From Thermoflexales bacterium (GTDB taxonomy: Bacteria; Chloroflexota; Anaerolineae; B4-G1; SLSP01): a stretch of 50,967 nt of DNA. The notes under the pieces are model-generated. The model was not told the DNA's origin, did no database searches, and saw only the letters and a program-made list of their open reading frames with translations. The stretch is taken from NCBI GenBank assembly GCA_007125545.1, contig SLDA01000240.1, positions 1 through 50,967 of the forward strand, read 5' to 3'. The position numbers and the translations under genes were made by a program. Below, piece by piece: positions 1 through 9,254 of the stretch (position 1 is its first letter; every line of letters begins with the position of its first letter).

Positions 1-431
1 ACCGCATCCGGAATCGAATGCGCCACCGCGAAGGGGCTCACCCGGAATGGACCGAAGGGAACCGTCATACCCGGCGCGATCTCTCGCAGGTCTGCTTTCT
101 CGAGCAAATGATGCTCCTCCAGCACCCGGGAGACCAATCCCAGCGTCAGGCGCGTGCCATAAATGGGCACGTTAACCTCGCGCAGTAGGTAGGGCAAAGC
201 GCCGATATGATCCAAGTGTCCATGGGTCAGGACGATCCCACGGAGGGTGTCCTTGTTTTCAACCACGTAACTAAAATCCGGCAACACCAAATCGATGCCG
301 TACATATCGTTGGCAGGGAACATCACCCCGCAATCCACAACTAACAAATTTCGGCCATACTCATATACGGTCATATTCTTCCCGATGCCCCCCAGGCCGC
401 CGAGGGGCGTAATCTGCAAATTCTTACTCAT
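1..431 (-). CDS. rnj: Ribonuclease J (5' part; runs off window start)
   Basis: Not in ORF track. Manual translation from ATG at 431 (RBS GAGGA) gives MSKNLQITPLGGLGGIGKNMTVYEY...VVDCGVMFP...GIDLVLPDF...LTHGHLDHIGALPYL...AHSIPDAV, the RNase J metallo-beta-lactamase N-terminus. Confidence 0.95.
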   Translation of the reverse strand, partial: MSKNLQITPLGGLGGIGKNMTVYEYGRNLLVVDCGVMFPANDMYGIDLVLPDFSYVVENKDTLRGIVLTHGHLDHIGALPYLLREVNVPIYGTRLTLGLVSRVLEEHHLLEKADLREIAPGMTVPFGPFRVSPFAVAHSIPDA

Positions 432-682
432 ATCGTCCTCTAGTTGTTACCTCTATCCTTGGTTCCAGGCGCGCGACTAGATTGATGGGGCTTGACAGCC
501 CAAAAGGGAATCCCAGACGCAGGCGTATAGCCAAGTCTGAGCGTTTCTGAACACAAAAGTGGGTACAGAAAGGTCAAGACGCCATCACTGTGTCGTCGCC
601 AGTCCTCAGCACATCACAGTTAACGTCTAACCATACCGCTGGGGGAAACTGCCGCCTATGGAACTCTAATTTCACAGTCAAC

Positions 683-710
683 AGTATAGCACATTTGCGC
701 GAGTTTTCAA
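683..710 (-). promoter_or_regulatory. Sigma70-type promoter for rnj (TTGAAA-16-TATACT, extended TG)
   Basis: Minus strand ttgaaa actcgcgcaaatgtgc tatact; implies a ~245-nt 5' leader. Confidence 0.65.
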
Positions 711-786
711 GCAACGGGTGAACTGGGAAGCAAAACGCGCCCGATAAGCACGGGCGGAGTGCGCCAGACGACCTTCGCAGACGCGC

Positions 787-1581
787 TCACTTGCGCGCGA
801 TCAGGCGCCCCCGGCCTACCTTGCCGCGGCCGGCAGCATCACGCCACAAGGTGATACCGGATAGGACCTCAGCAACCATCTCCGGACCGTAGTTACTAAC
901 GAGAGTGGACCGGTGGCGCTCGCGAAGCTCGCGCAAATAGCGATCGAGGTGCGCCGCAAAATCTGAGCTCAGGTCCTCGGCGTCGATGACCGTCAACCCA
1001 TTTTGAGTGATCAGAGCGCTATATCCCTTCAGCGTCTCCATATAGGGGAAGACCATAAAGCTATGAACCGCTTCCCACTCCATCTTGTTCATAGAGCCGG
1101 TCTCAAGCCAGTCGGTGAAGGCCACGATCCCACCAGGCTTTACCACGCGGGCGCACTCAGAAATCAGGCGCGCTTTATCGGTTACGTAGCACCAGGCATC
1201 CTGACCGATTACGACATCGAAGCTCGCTGCCGGAAAAGGAAGCGCCAGTGCATCACCGAGCTGAAAACTAACCCGACCAGCAAGCCCAGCCTTTCGCGTG
1301 CGTCGCACCGCCTCGTTGACCATACGTGGGGTCGCATCCAACCCTGTGACCCGGCAGCCGATTCTTCGTGCCAGCGAGCGTGCAGGCCCGCCGAGCGCGC
1401 TGCAAACGTCTAAAACTTGACTGGCAGCGCATATCCCAGCGCGCTCCGCCAGCACTACTGTATCCGCCTCGCCGCCCACGTGAATCTGGTCACCCATTAG
1501 CAGCTCCCACAGCTCTCCGCCCGGTCCCGCGTAGACTGCTTGCACGTCCGCCAAGTTCACATTCGATATACGCCCAACCAT
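787..1581 (-). CDS. Class I SAM-dependent methyltransferase (sarcosine/phosphoethanolamine N-methyltransferase-like)
   Basis: IHVGG, motif I VLDVCSALGG, GDALALPFPAASFDVV, ARVVKPGG. Confidence 0.85.
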   Translation of the reverse strand: MVGRISNVNLADVQAVYAGPGGELWELLMGDQIHVGGEADTVVLAERAGICAASQVLDVCSALGGPARSLARRIGCRVTGLDATPRMVNEAVRRTRKAGLAGRVSFQLGDALALPFPAASFDVVIGQDAWCYVTDKARLISECARVVKPGGIVAFTDWLETGSMNKMEWEAVHSFMVFPYMETLKGYSALITQNGLTVIDAEDLSSDFAAHLDRYLRELRERHRSTLVSNYGPEMVAEVLSGITLWRDAAGRGKVGRGRLIARK

Positions 1582-1653
1582 AGTAACCTAGCCTCCATAC
1601 CCGAAATCCCGTTCCCAGTTATCCACTAAGCACGATTCAGCCAGCCCAAAGGT

Positions 1654-2808
1654 TCACCCAATGCACGCCTCCCCAACTCCCCTGTCCCCTTCACTCCTAC
1701 CCATCCGCGCCCAATTCGCCGCAATCAACCAGCACTTCGGATCGAGGCCTTCGACATCGCCCGAGTAGTTGTAAGCACTGGAGCGGCAGCCCCAGCAGTG
1801 ATCATTGTGGGCGCAAAGGTTACAGGGCGCAGGTAAGCTGCGGGTGTCGTGAAGCGCGGCGTGAACCAACGTCTCGCGATGTTCTGCAATAATCTCCCGC
1901 AGCGGCGTACGACGAATGTTGTCGACACCCTCGCGGATGACAGAGCAGGGCGTCACTTCACCCGTGTACGTCACCGTCACAAGTGTGCCACAATAGTATT
2001 TGTCTGTATCCATAGCACCAATCGTTGTTCCAGGGTCATAACATAGCCGATCCCGCTCTTCGTAAACGCGGCGCGTCTCCTCCAGCCCCGGTTCGAGGCT
2101 CCGCCAGTCGGCGCCCATACCCGATGGGTTGAACATCGTCAAGCACGTGCGCAGTCCGCGCTCCTCGAACCACCAACGCATTGTGGCGGCAGCATCCTCC
2201 GGGCCCTGGCGCGCTGTATACGTGATGCAGTTGATCATCCGGTCGGCAGGCTTTCCGAGGCTCAGCAGCCGATCCACTCCGGCTGTGATGGTGGCGATAT
2301 TCTCGGCACAGCCTCCATAGTGCAGTTGCGCATAGACCTCGGGTGTCAAGGAGTCGACGTGCACCGAGACGAAACCCTCAGCAGTCACTTCGACCACACG
2401 ACGTGCCACGACCTCGTCGGCAAGTGGTAGACCGCTCGTCCAGACGTTGTTGATCAAGCCCAGCGACCGTGCCTCCACCATCAACTCATACCAGTCACGC
2501 CGCAGGAGTGGATCGCCCCCAAGCCAATCGATGGCGCGGATGTCGAGCGCCGCCGCATCCGCCAACAACCCGCGAATCTCGTCCGAGGTCAGCCCGTGCT
2601 GCTCTTGAGGTGTCGATCCGGCGTAGCAATAGATGCAGCCCTGATCGCAGGCATCAGTGGACTCGATCTGCAGAGCGTAGATCCTGTTCTCATCGAAGTA
2701 GCTTTTCTGTTCCGCCGACTGGGCACCTGCTAACCCGCCGTACGCCGACAGTTTCTGCTTGCCGCATCCGTTCACATTCCCCCCACCATATCCACAATCA
2801 GCTTTCAT
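1654..2808 (-). CDS. Radical SAM protein with C-terminal SPASM domain
   Basis: CDQGCIYC (CX3CX2C), WLGGDPLLR, YCG...GEVTPC...CNLC...CWGC...DPKC; start overlaps the upstream GT stop (ATGA). Confidence 0.9.
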   Translation of the reverse strand: MKADCGYGGGNVNGCGKQKLSAYGGLAGAQSAEQKSYFDENRIYALQIESTDACDQGCIYCYAGSTPQEQHGLTSDEIRGLLADAAALDIRAIDWLGGDPLLRRDWYELMVEARSLGLINNVWTSGLPLADEVVARRVVEVTAEGFVSVHVDSLTPEVYAQLHYGGCAENIATITAGVDRLLSLGKPADRMINCITYTARQGPEDAAATMRWWFEERGLRTCLTMFNPSGMGADWRSLEPGLEETRRVYEERDRLCYDPGTTIGAMDTDKYYCGTLVTVTYTGEVTPCSVIREGVDNIRRTPLREIIAEHRETLVHAALHDTRSLPAPCNLCAHNDHCWGCRSSAYNYSGDVEGLDPKCWLIAANWARMGRSEGDRGVGEACIG

Positions 2809-3521
2809 CTTCCCTCCACAATACGAGTTCCTGGTCGATCCCTTCGAGTGTTACGATAGTCCCGCGCCAAGGCCTCGGGACTGGCGCCGAGGTAGAGGTA
2901 GCGGAACACGAGCGTGAGCACGAGGCAAAGCTGGCGGAGAGGTCCGCGTTCGAGAAAACGACGACTGGAGGTTGTAACCCGCAACGGCAGGCGAACAACC
3001 TTGCCATGGCGGCGCAGCCGCCGCATCATCTCCACGTCTTCCATCAACGGGATCTCAGCATACCCACCTACCTGATCGAAAGTCTCCCGTCGCATGAATT
3101 GCGCCTGATCCCCATACATCGTGCGCCAGTCATAGAGAAGGGGCAGGTGATTAACAATCTGCAGAATACCACGCGCCGGCTGCAGGTTGAGCCAGAAAAC
3201 ACCACCTGCAACAGTGGGGCGGCTGAGCGCTTTGACCAGCGCCTCACGCCAGCCGAACGGGAGTTGCGAATCTCCGTGGCAGAAGAGTAGAACCTCGCCG
3301 CGCGCCGCAGCAGCACCATAGTTCAACTGCCCAGCCCGTCCAGGAAATGCGCGCAGCAGCAGCACGTCGGAGGGTATCAGGTCGGAGGTCCCGTCGCCGC
3401 TGCCGCCATCGACGACGATGATCTCGACCTGGTCGGGTCCATAGTCTCGCCGGGCTGCTTCCAGGGTCAACACAATCTGAGACGCTTCATTCAGCACCGG
3501 AATCACGACGGATACCAGCAT
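2805..3521 (-). CDS. GT2 glycosyltransferase, TIGR04283-like
   Basis: VSVVIPVLNE, VVDGGSGD, GRAGQLNYGA, LLFCHGD, YGDQAQF, PLMEDVE, VTTSSRR. Confidence 0.88.
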   Translation of the reverse strand: MLVSVVIPVLNEASQIVLTLEAARRDYGPDQVEIIVVDGGSGDGTSDLIPSDVLLLRAFPGRAGQLNYGAAAARGEVLLFCHGDSQLPFGWREALVKALSRPTVAGGVFWLNLQPARGILQIVNHLPLLYDWRTMYGDQAQFMRRETFDQVGGYAEIPLMEDVEMMRRLRRHGKVVRLPLRVTTSSRRFLERGPLRQLCLVLTLVFRYLYLGASPEALARDYRNTRRDRPGTRIVEGR

Positions 3522-3783
3522 GAATCCTCACTTTCATCGCTCAACTGTCCCTGATCATACCCCAGTCTGCTACATTCGCCCAGCGCATAGGTGCATTGCA
3601 CGAGAGGCGTGCGAGGGGTCAAGCTCTACCGGGCAGCCGTTATTCCGTTTTCATACCCGTGGGAGATGTGTGATTGTTGGGTCTTAGGGAATCGAGTAGG
3701 TTGGGAGACGACGCCCTCGTGCCTCATATCGCACGCCTTGTGCTACAATCGTTCTCGGCGATCACGAAAAGGGGAGGCATAGC

Positions 3784-5712
3784 ATGGAGACGAACATCCT
3801 GACCACACCGGGCACCTTCGTTGTGGGGTGCAACTACTGGGCATCACATGCGGGAACGGCTATGTGGTCTGACTGGCAGCCACAGGTGGTAGACGCGGAC
3901 CTGGCGCAGTTAGCCAGAGAAGGGCTACAAGTGCTGAGAGTCTTCCCGCTTTGGCCAGACTTCCAGCCGCTGAGTCAGCTCTACGGCGGCACCGGCAGTC
4001 CGGTAGAGCTGCGCTTCGGCGAAACGCCACTCCCGGCAACGGAGGCGGGACGCGCTGGAGTCGCAGAGGAGATGATTGAGCGGTTCCGATTACTAGCAGA
4101 CCGGGCGAGCGCGCACGGCTTGCAGTTGATCGTAGGGCTGGTGACAGGCTGGATGAGCGGGCGCCTCTTCGTGCCCCCCGCCTTCGAAAGACTCAACGTG
4201 CTCACGAATCCCCGGGCGGTGATGTGGGAGGTCCGTCTCGTGCGCTTTCTGGTTCGCACCTTTAAGGATCACAGCGCGATCCTGGCCTGGGACCTGGGCA
4301 ACGAATGCAACTGTATGGCCCCAGCAACCCGGGAGGAAGCTTGGATCTGGACTCACGCCATCACGAGCGCGATCCGGCAGGAGGATGTCGAACGGCCCAT
4401 CGTCTCTGGCATGCACAGCCTGGCACCGAGTCAGGGCGCGGCATGGCGCATGCAGGATCAGGCGGAGCTGACAGACGTGCTGACAACCCACCCCTATCCG
4501 ATCTTCACACCCCACTGCGATCAGGACCCGATCAACACGCTGCGCAACGGGCTCCATGCAACGGCAGAGACGCGTTACTACGCCGATGTTGGCGGCGCCC
4601 CCGGATTAGCGGAAGAGGTAGGCACGCTCGGCCCCTTTGTCTGCAGCGAGGATGTAGCGGCCGATTACGTGCGCATGATACTGCCCTCGCTGTGGGCCCA
4701 CGATTGCCACGGGCTACTCTGGTGGTGCGCGTACGATCAGAAGCACCTCAGCCGCGCCCCTTATGATTGGGATCCCTACGAGCGCGAGTTGGGGCTGATC
4801 CGCGAGAATCGTGAGCCCAAACCCGTGCTACGCGAGATCGGCGCATTCAGGGCACGGATTGAGGCACTGGGCCTCGACCACCTTCCGCCCCGCTCCACGC
4901 AGGCAGTGTGCATACTGAGCGAGGGCCAGGACTCGTGGGGTGCCGCCTATAGCGCCTTCATCCTGGCCAAGCAGGCCGGTTTCGATCTGACCTTCCAGTT
5001 TGGAGACCAGCCGCTACGGGATGCCGACCTATACCTCGTGCCTAGCATGTCCGGGTCGCGCTATTTCTCGCGCCGCGCATGGCTCGACCTGTTGGCGCGC
5101 GCCAAAGCGGGCGCCACACTCTATATCTCGCATAGAGACGCGATGTTCGTACCTTTCGTGGAGCATTTCCAGGTAGATGTGGTGACGCGCGAGCGTCGTG
5201 TGACAGATTCTGTAGTCGCCTTCCCTGAGATAGCGGGGCTGGATTCCCTGCCGCTCTCGGGCCCCGTCCGGCTCACGCTGCGCTCGACCGGCGCCGAGGT
5301 GCTGGGCAGCGAGCCCGGCGGGAACCCGGTCTTCACGCGCACCACCTATGGCGCGGGAACCCTCTATTTTCTCTCACGCCCGCTCGAGACGGCGCTGAGT
5401 GAGACGCCGGGTGTCTTTCACAGCGACGACGCCCCCCCGTATTGGCGGCTCTACGCAGAGGTTGCAGGGCAACAGATCGCGGCTCGCGTCCTGCGGAAGA
5501 CTCATCCGATGGTCGGCGTCACCGAACACCCTGAGGAAGGGGGTAGCCGCATCGCGGTGCTGATCAACTACAGTCCGAAACCAGTCGAGACGCAGGTTAC
5601 GCTGGCAGCGGGTTGGTACGTAGCCGAGGCATTGGTGGGGAATGGACCCATGGAGGGGACTCTGAGACTTCCGGGCAACGACGCCGTCGTCCTGCGCCTC
5701 TTGATTCAATGA
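3784..5712 (+). CDS. Clan GH-A glycoside hydrolase (GH5/GH42-like)
   Basis: GCNYWASHAG, WDLGNE acid/base motif, TTHPYP, LAEEVG nucleophile region, LWWCAYD; RBS GGGGAGG. Confidence 0.8.
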   Translation: METNILTTPGTFVVGCNYWASHAGTAMWSDWQPQVVDADLAQLAREGLQVLRVFPLWPDFQPLSQLYGGTGSPVELRFGETPLPATEAGRAGVAEEMIERFRLLADRASAHGLQLIVGLVTGWMSGRLFVPPAFERLNVLTNPRAVMWEVRLVRFLVRTFKDHSAILAWDLGNECNCMAPATREEAWIWTHAITSAIRQEDVERPIVSGMHSLAPSQGAAWRMQDQAELTDVLTTHPYPIFTPHCDQDPINTLRNGLHATAETRYYADVGGAPGLAEEVGTLGPFVCSEDVAADYVRMILPSLWAHDCHGLLWWCAYDQKHLSRAPYDWDPYERELGLIRENREPKPVLREIGAFRARIEALGLDHLPPRSTQAVCILSEGQDSWGAAYSAFILAKQAGFDLTFQFGDQPLRDADLYLVPSMSGSRYFSRRAWLDLLARAKAGATLYISHRDAMFVPFVEHFQVDVVTRERRVTDSVVAFPEIAGLDSLPLSGPVRLTLRSTGAEVLGSEPGGNPVFTRTTYGAGTLYFLSRPLETALSETPGVFHSDDAPPYWRLYAEVAGQQIAARVLRKTHPMVGVTEHPEEGGSRIAVLINYSPKPVETQVTLAAGWYVAEALVGNGPMEGTLRLPGNDAVVLRLLIQ

Positions 5713-5762
5713 CCGCTACCTGGTATAGTATGAAAGTTGGATTGCCGACAAGGAGGTCAACG

Positions 5763-6812
5763 ATGCGTCATGCGCGATGGTTGTTTATTGTATTCGTCCT
5801 CGCGGCGCTGTTGGTTCAGGCTGCGCCACTCAATGCACAGGAGCCGGTGGTTCAGATCGCCTACTTTTACACCCTCACCTGCCCAAATTGTATCGAGCTC
5901 TCAAGAAACGACCTGCCGCCGCTGCGCGAGCGGTGGGGCGAGCAACTCGAAATTGTCGAGATCGACATTACTGTTCCAGAGGGTAATGCGCTCTTCCAGA
6001 GCGCCGTCGACCGCTATGTGATCCCTCCTACCCGGCAAGGTGTGCCGCTGATGATCATTGGCGAGACGGTATTGGTCGGCTCCTTCGAGATTCCCCAGGT
6101 CCTGCCGGGATTGATCGAGATGCATATGGCAGCAGGCGGCGTCGGCTTGCCCGACCTGCCGGGCATTGCGGCGTGGGCTGCACGCCCACCCGCCCCACCG
6201 ACTTTCGAGCAACGCTGGGCCCAGGACCCCTTGGGCAACACAACAGCGGTAGTGCTCCTTGCGGCAATGGGAATCATGCTGCTGTTCGTGATCCGACCGG
6301 CGCGCTGGCAGCAGCGGTTGGCACGGCGCGTCCCCGTCTGGGGGACCTTCGCGGTTGAGGCGGTGGGACTCGGAGCTGCACTTTACCTCACGATTATGGA
6401 ATTGCAGGAGAAAGAGGCGTTCTGTGGGCCGGTGGGGCGGTGTAACATTGTCCAACAATCACAGTACGCGCTTATATTCGGCGTCATACCGCTCGCGCTT
6501 GTGGGTGTTGTAGGCTACATCGCCCTGATGAGCACCCTCGCTTACGGGAAATGGGGTAAAGGCAAGCTCGCGAGCTACGCGCCGCTCGCCTTCTTCGGTA
6601 TGTCGTGGTTCGGATTCCTCACTTCGCTTGGCTTGACGTACCTGCAGCCTTTCGTGATCGGGGCTGCTTGCTCCTGGTGCTTGATCTCGGCCGTGAGCAT
6701 GAGCTTGACGCTCCTTTTCAATGCTGCGCCCGGCTGGGTAGCGGTGAAGGACTGGCAGCGGCAGCAACGGCGTGGACACCGTCGTCGCTACAGCCGGCGC
6801 CAACGGGTATAG
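5763..6812 (+). CDS. Exported thioredoxin domain fused to VKOR (DsbB-analogue) membrane domain
   Basis: Start re-placed at MRHARW (RBS AGGAGG; TGGTATAGT -10 at 5721-5729); signal-like N-terminus, CPNC and GVP cis-Pro loop, then VKOR motifs FCGPVGRCNIVQQSQY and ACSWC. Confidence 0.85.
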   Translation: MRHARWLFIVFVLAALLVQAAPLNAQEPVVQIAYFYTLTCPNCIELSRNDLPPLRERWGEQLEIVEIDITVPEGNALFQSAVDRYVIPPTRQGVPLMIIGETVLVGSFEIPQVLPGLIEMHMAAGGVGLPDLPGIAAWAARPPAPPTFEQRWAQDPLGNTTAVVLLAAMGIMLLFVIRPARWQQRLARRVPVWGTFAVEAVGLGAALYLTIMELQEKEAFCGPVGRCNIVQQSQYALIFGVIPLALVGVVGYIALMSTLAYGKWGKGKLASYAPLAFFGMSWFGFLTSLGLTYLQPFVIGAACSWCLISAVSMSLTLLFNAAPGWVAVKDWQRQQRRGHRRRYSRRQRV

Positions 6813-6830
6813 CTCAATCGCGCTTCCTTC

Positions 6831-6874
6831 CAGAGCCCGCGCCGGGCCCACGAGCAACTCCGGCGCGGGCTCTG
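6831..6874. terminator. 15-bp perfect inverted repeat after the VKOR gene
   Basis: cagagcccgcgccgg ...14 nt... ccggcgcgggctctg; no U-tract. Confidence 0.5.
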
Positions 6875-6992
6875 TCGTGTCACCCAATTCGTCTCTCGCA
6901 CACGAAGCCGGTACCAATTTGACAGGCGGCGCTTTCACAGTACACCTACCGTAACGAAGCTGACTTAACGATTAGCATCGGTGGAGGTACAT

Positions 6993-8102
6993 ATGACCCG
7001 AGAATCGCTGACCTCACGAGAGCGCGTCGCCAGAGTACTGGCCGGAGAGATTCCCGACCAGGTGCCTATGTTTGATAGCTACTGGATACCAACCATCGAG
7101 CGCTGGCAACGGGAGGGCATGCCCACCGGTGTCTCAGCTCACTCCTTCTTCGGCACGGAAGATATCGTACGCATTGGCGGCGACTACAGTATGCAATTCC
7201 CCGAACGTGTCCTGGAAGAGGCCACACACAGCCGCCTGTACTGGGATACGGACGGCGCACTCCGGCGCGACCTCCATGTAGAGGAGGGATGGACCTCCCA
7301 GTGGCTTGAGTTCACTATTAAGACCCGTGACGACTGGGCACGGTATCGTGAGCTGATGGCTTTCAGCCCCTCGCGATTACCAGAGAGTGCTATCGAATCA
7401 TATCGGCGTGCGCGCGCCGCCGACCGCTTCATCTGCTACACTGCACATGCATGCTTCCACCCCACCTGGATGCGAATCGGGATGGAGCAGATGCTGATGT
7501 TGATGCTCGATGACCCGGACTTCATCCATACGCTGTTTGCCGATCACGTTCAACTCGTTATTGACATTTACGAAGGCTTTGTGGAACGAGGCCTTGCCTT
7601 CGACGGTGCATTTATGGCTGATGACCTGGGCTACCAGGTGGCACCGCTGATCTCGCCCAAGCTCTATCGGGAACTGGTCTATCCGCATCATAAGCGGCTT
7701 TGCGATCGCTTTGCGGAAGATGGGCTGAAGACCATCCTGCACTCGGACGGGAACATCACGCCTTTAATCCCGCATTTCCTAGACGCGGGCTTTGCCGGCC
7801 TGCATCCACTGGAGGCCAAGGCTGGTCTCGATGTGCGCGAGCTGAAGCCGCGCTATGGTCGGCAGCTGGTCCTGATTGGCAACATCGATGTACGCAAGCT
7901 GGTGCGCTCCAGAGGAGAGAGTGAGGCTGAACTGCGGGCACGGATCGAGGCCGAGATCGGCGAGAAGATAAGTGCGGCCAAGGAGGGGGGCGGCTATATC
8001 TACCACAGCGATCACTCCGTCCCCAACGACGTCTCGCTGGAGGCCTACGCCTACGCAATCGAGATGGTCAAGCGGTATGGAGCATACCGGGTGTCAGCGT
8101 AG
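6993..8102 (+). CDS. Uroporphyrinogen decarboxylase-family (URO-D/MtaA-like) protein
   Basis: LTSRERV...PDQVP, ADDLG..PLISP, ILHSDGN, LHPLEAKAG, LIGNID, GGGYIYHSDHSVP; RBS GGAGG before ATG 6993. Confidence 0.85.
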   Translation: MTRESLTSRERVARVLAGEIPDQVPMFDSYWIPTIERWQREGMPTGVSAHSFFGTEDIVRIGGDYSMQFPERVLEEATHSRLYWDTDGALRRDLHVEEGWTSQWLEFTIKTRDDWARYRELMAFSPSRLPESAIESYRRARAADRFICYTAHACFHPTWMRIGMEQMLMLMLDDPDFIHTLFADHVQLVIDIYEGFVERGLAFDGAFMADDLGYQVAPLISPKLYRELVYPHHKRLCDRFAEDGLKTILHSDGNITPLIPHFLDAGFAGLHPLEAKAGLDVRELKPRYGRQLVLIGNIDVRKLVRSRGESEAELRARIEAEIGEKISAAKEGGGYIYHSDHSVPNDVSLEAYAYAIEMVKRYGAYRVSA

Positions 8103-8249
8103 TGCGAGGCAGGTTAGCGGAAACTATCCGGGAAGCGCTTTCGCGAATGGGTGGACCGGAACCACCTCCCGTCTGGTTGCAACTTAGCAGCGCCCTGTCC
8201 CTGGAGCACTGAGCGCTATCACCCGAGGTGGCGTCATTTGACCTGGCTG

Positions 8250-9254
8250 TCATTTGACAGCCGTGATCGTCGGATCGATTTCCAGGGGCGCGGGGAGATC
8301 TACGACGGCGATGATGATAGGCGCCAGGTAGGCGTCGATGGCCTGAAGGGTGTCGGGACGGTCATCATCGGGTATGTGGTCAAACAGCGATGACACGAAG
8401 CTAATCCCGTCATGGCTCGGCAGGACCTGCCGGAAGCCAATCTCTGCGAGCCAGCGGGTAAGCGTGCGACCGGAAGTGTGTACTGTGGTGCTGATGCCTA
8501 CATCCAGGACCGCTGCCCGTAGGCTTTCGAGACCCGCGATCGTCACATCCTCCATGGTCAGCGCCTCTTCTTCTACGCTAAAAGCTTGAAGGACTTCTGC
8601 CGCCGGGAGAGCATAGGTGATGCCAACCTGCACGGCATACTCCTCATTAATGTGTCGATCATATAGAATCAGGCGCGTGGTATCTTCAGCGTCGCCGGAT
8701 AGCCCGACTTCCTGCTCACCGCCACCCTCATAACGGTTCAGTGACTCGTATCGCAAGCGTACTCGCCCGCCCGGTCGTAGCACACGATAGAACTCCGCTA
8801 GTGTGACCTGGGGATCCGGGCTTTGCTCCACTGAAGAAGCTGCCACGACCGCATCAAAGCTGTTGTCGTCGAACGGCAACGGATCGCCGGGCTCGACAAA
8901 GCGGAAGGTGACGTTAGTGATGTCGAGTCGCTCCGCATTAGCGCGGCAAACGGCCACTCGCTTCTGGGCACCCTCAATACCGACGACCTCACGGACCCAT
9001 GGTGCGATAATGAGTGAGGGCCAGCCGTCACCGGGACCGAAATCGAGCACACGCCCGCCCCCGCAGCGGGTGGAGGCTACAAAATCAAGTGCTGCCGCGC
9101 GATCACGCCAATGCGCACGGTTGGCGGGGTTGAAAGGTTCGTAGATGATGGGGAGCGAGTGCCCAGACTGGGACTCCATATGCTCATAGATAAGTTGCTC
9201 GGTTGTCACGGGCTTAGGATCGAGTTCCGCCGTGATCCAATCAAAGAGATTCAT
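8250..9254 (-). CDS. Class I SAM-dependent methyltransferase
   Basis: Start re-placed at MNLFDW (RBS AGGAGG); VLDFGPGDG, LPFDDNSFDAV, RVLRPGG. Confidence 0.8.
   Translation of the reverse strand: MNLFDWITAELDPKPVTTEQLIYEHMESQSGHSLPIIYEPFNPANRAHWRDRAAALDFVASTRCGGGRVLDFGPGDGWPSLIIAPWVREVVGIEGAQKRVAVCRANAERLDITNVTFRFVEPGDPLPFDDNSFDAVVAASSVEQSPDPQVTLAEFYRVLRPGGRVRLRYESLNRYEGGGEQEVGLSGDAEDTTRLILYDRHINEEYAVQVGITYALPAAEVLQAFSVEEEALTMEDVTIAGLESLRAAVLDVGISTTVHTSGRTLTRWLAEIGFRQVLPSHDGISFVSSLFDHIPDDDRPDTLQAIDAYLAPIIIAVVDLPAPLEIDPTITAVK

Noticed and set aside
1654-2808. Anaerobic sulfatase maturase or ArsS
   Set aside because: Lacks a recognisable anSME N-terminal pattern, lies over 33 kb from the sulfatases, and has a SPASM tail with no in-frame Sec TGA; family left unassigned
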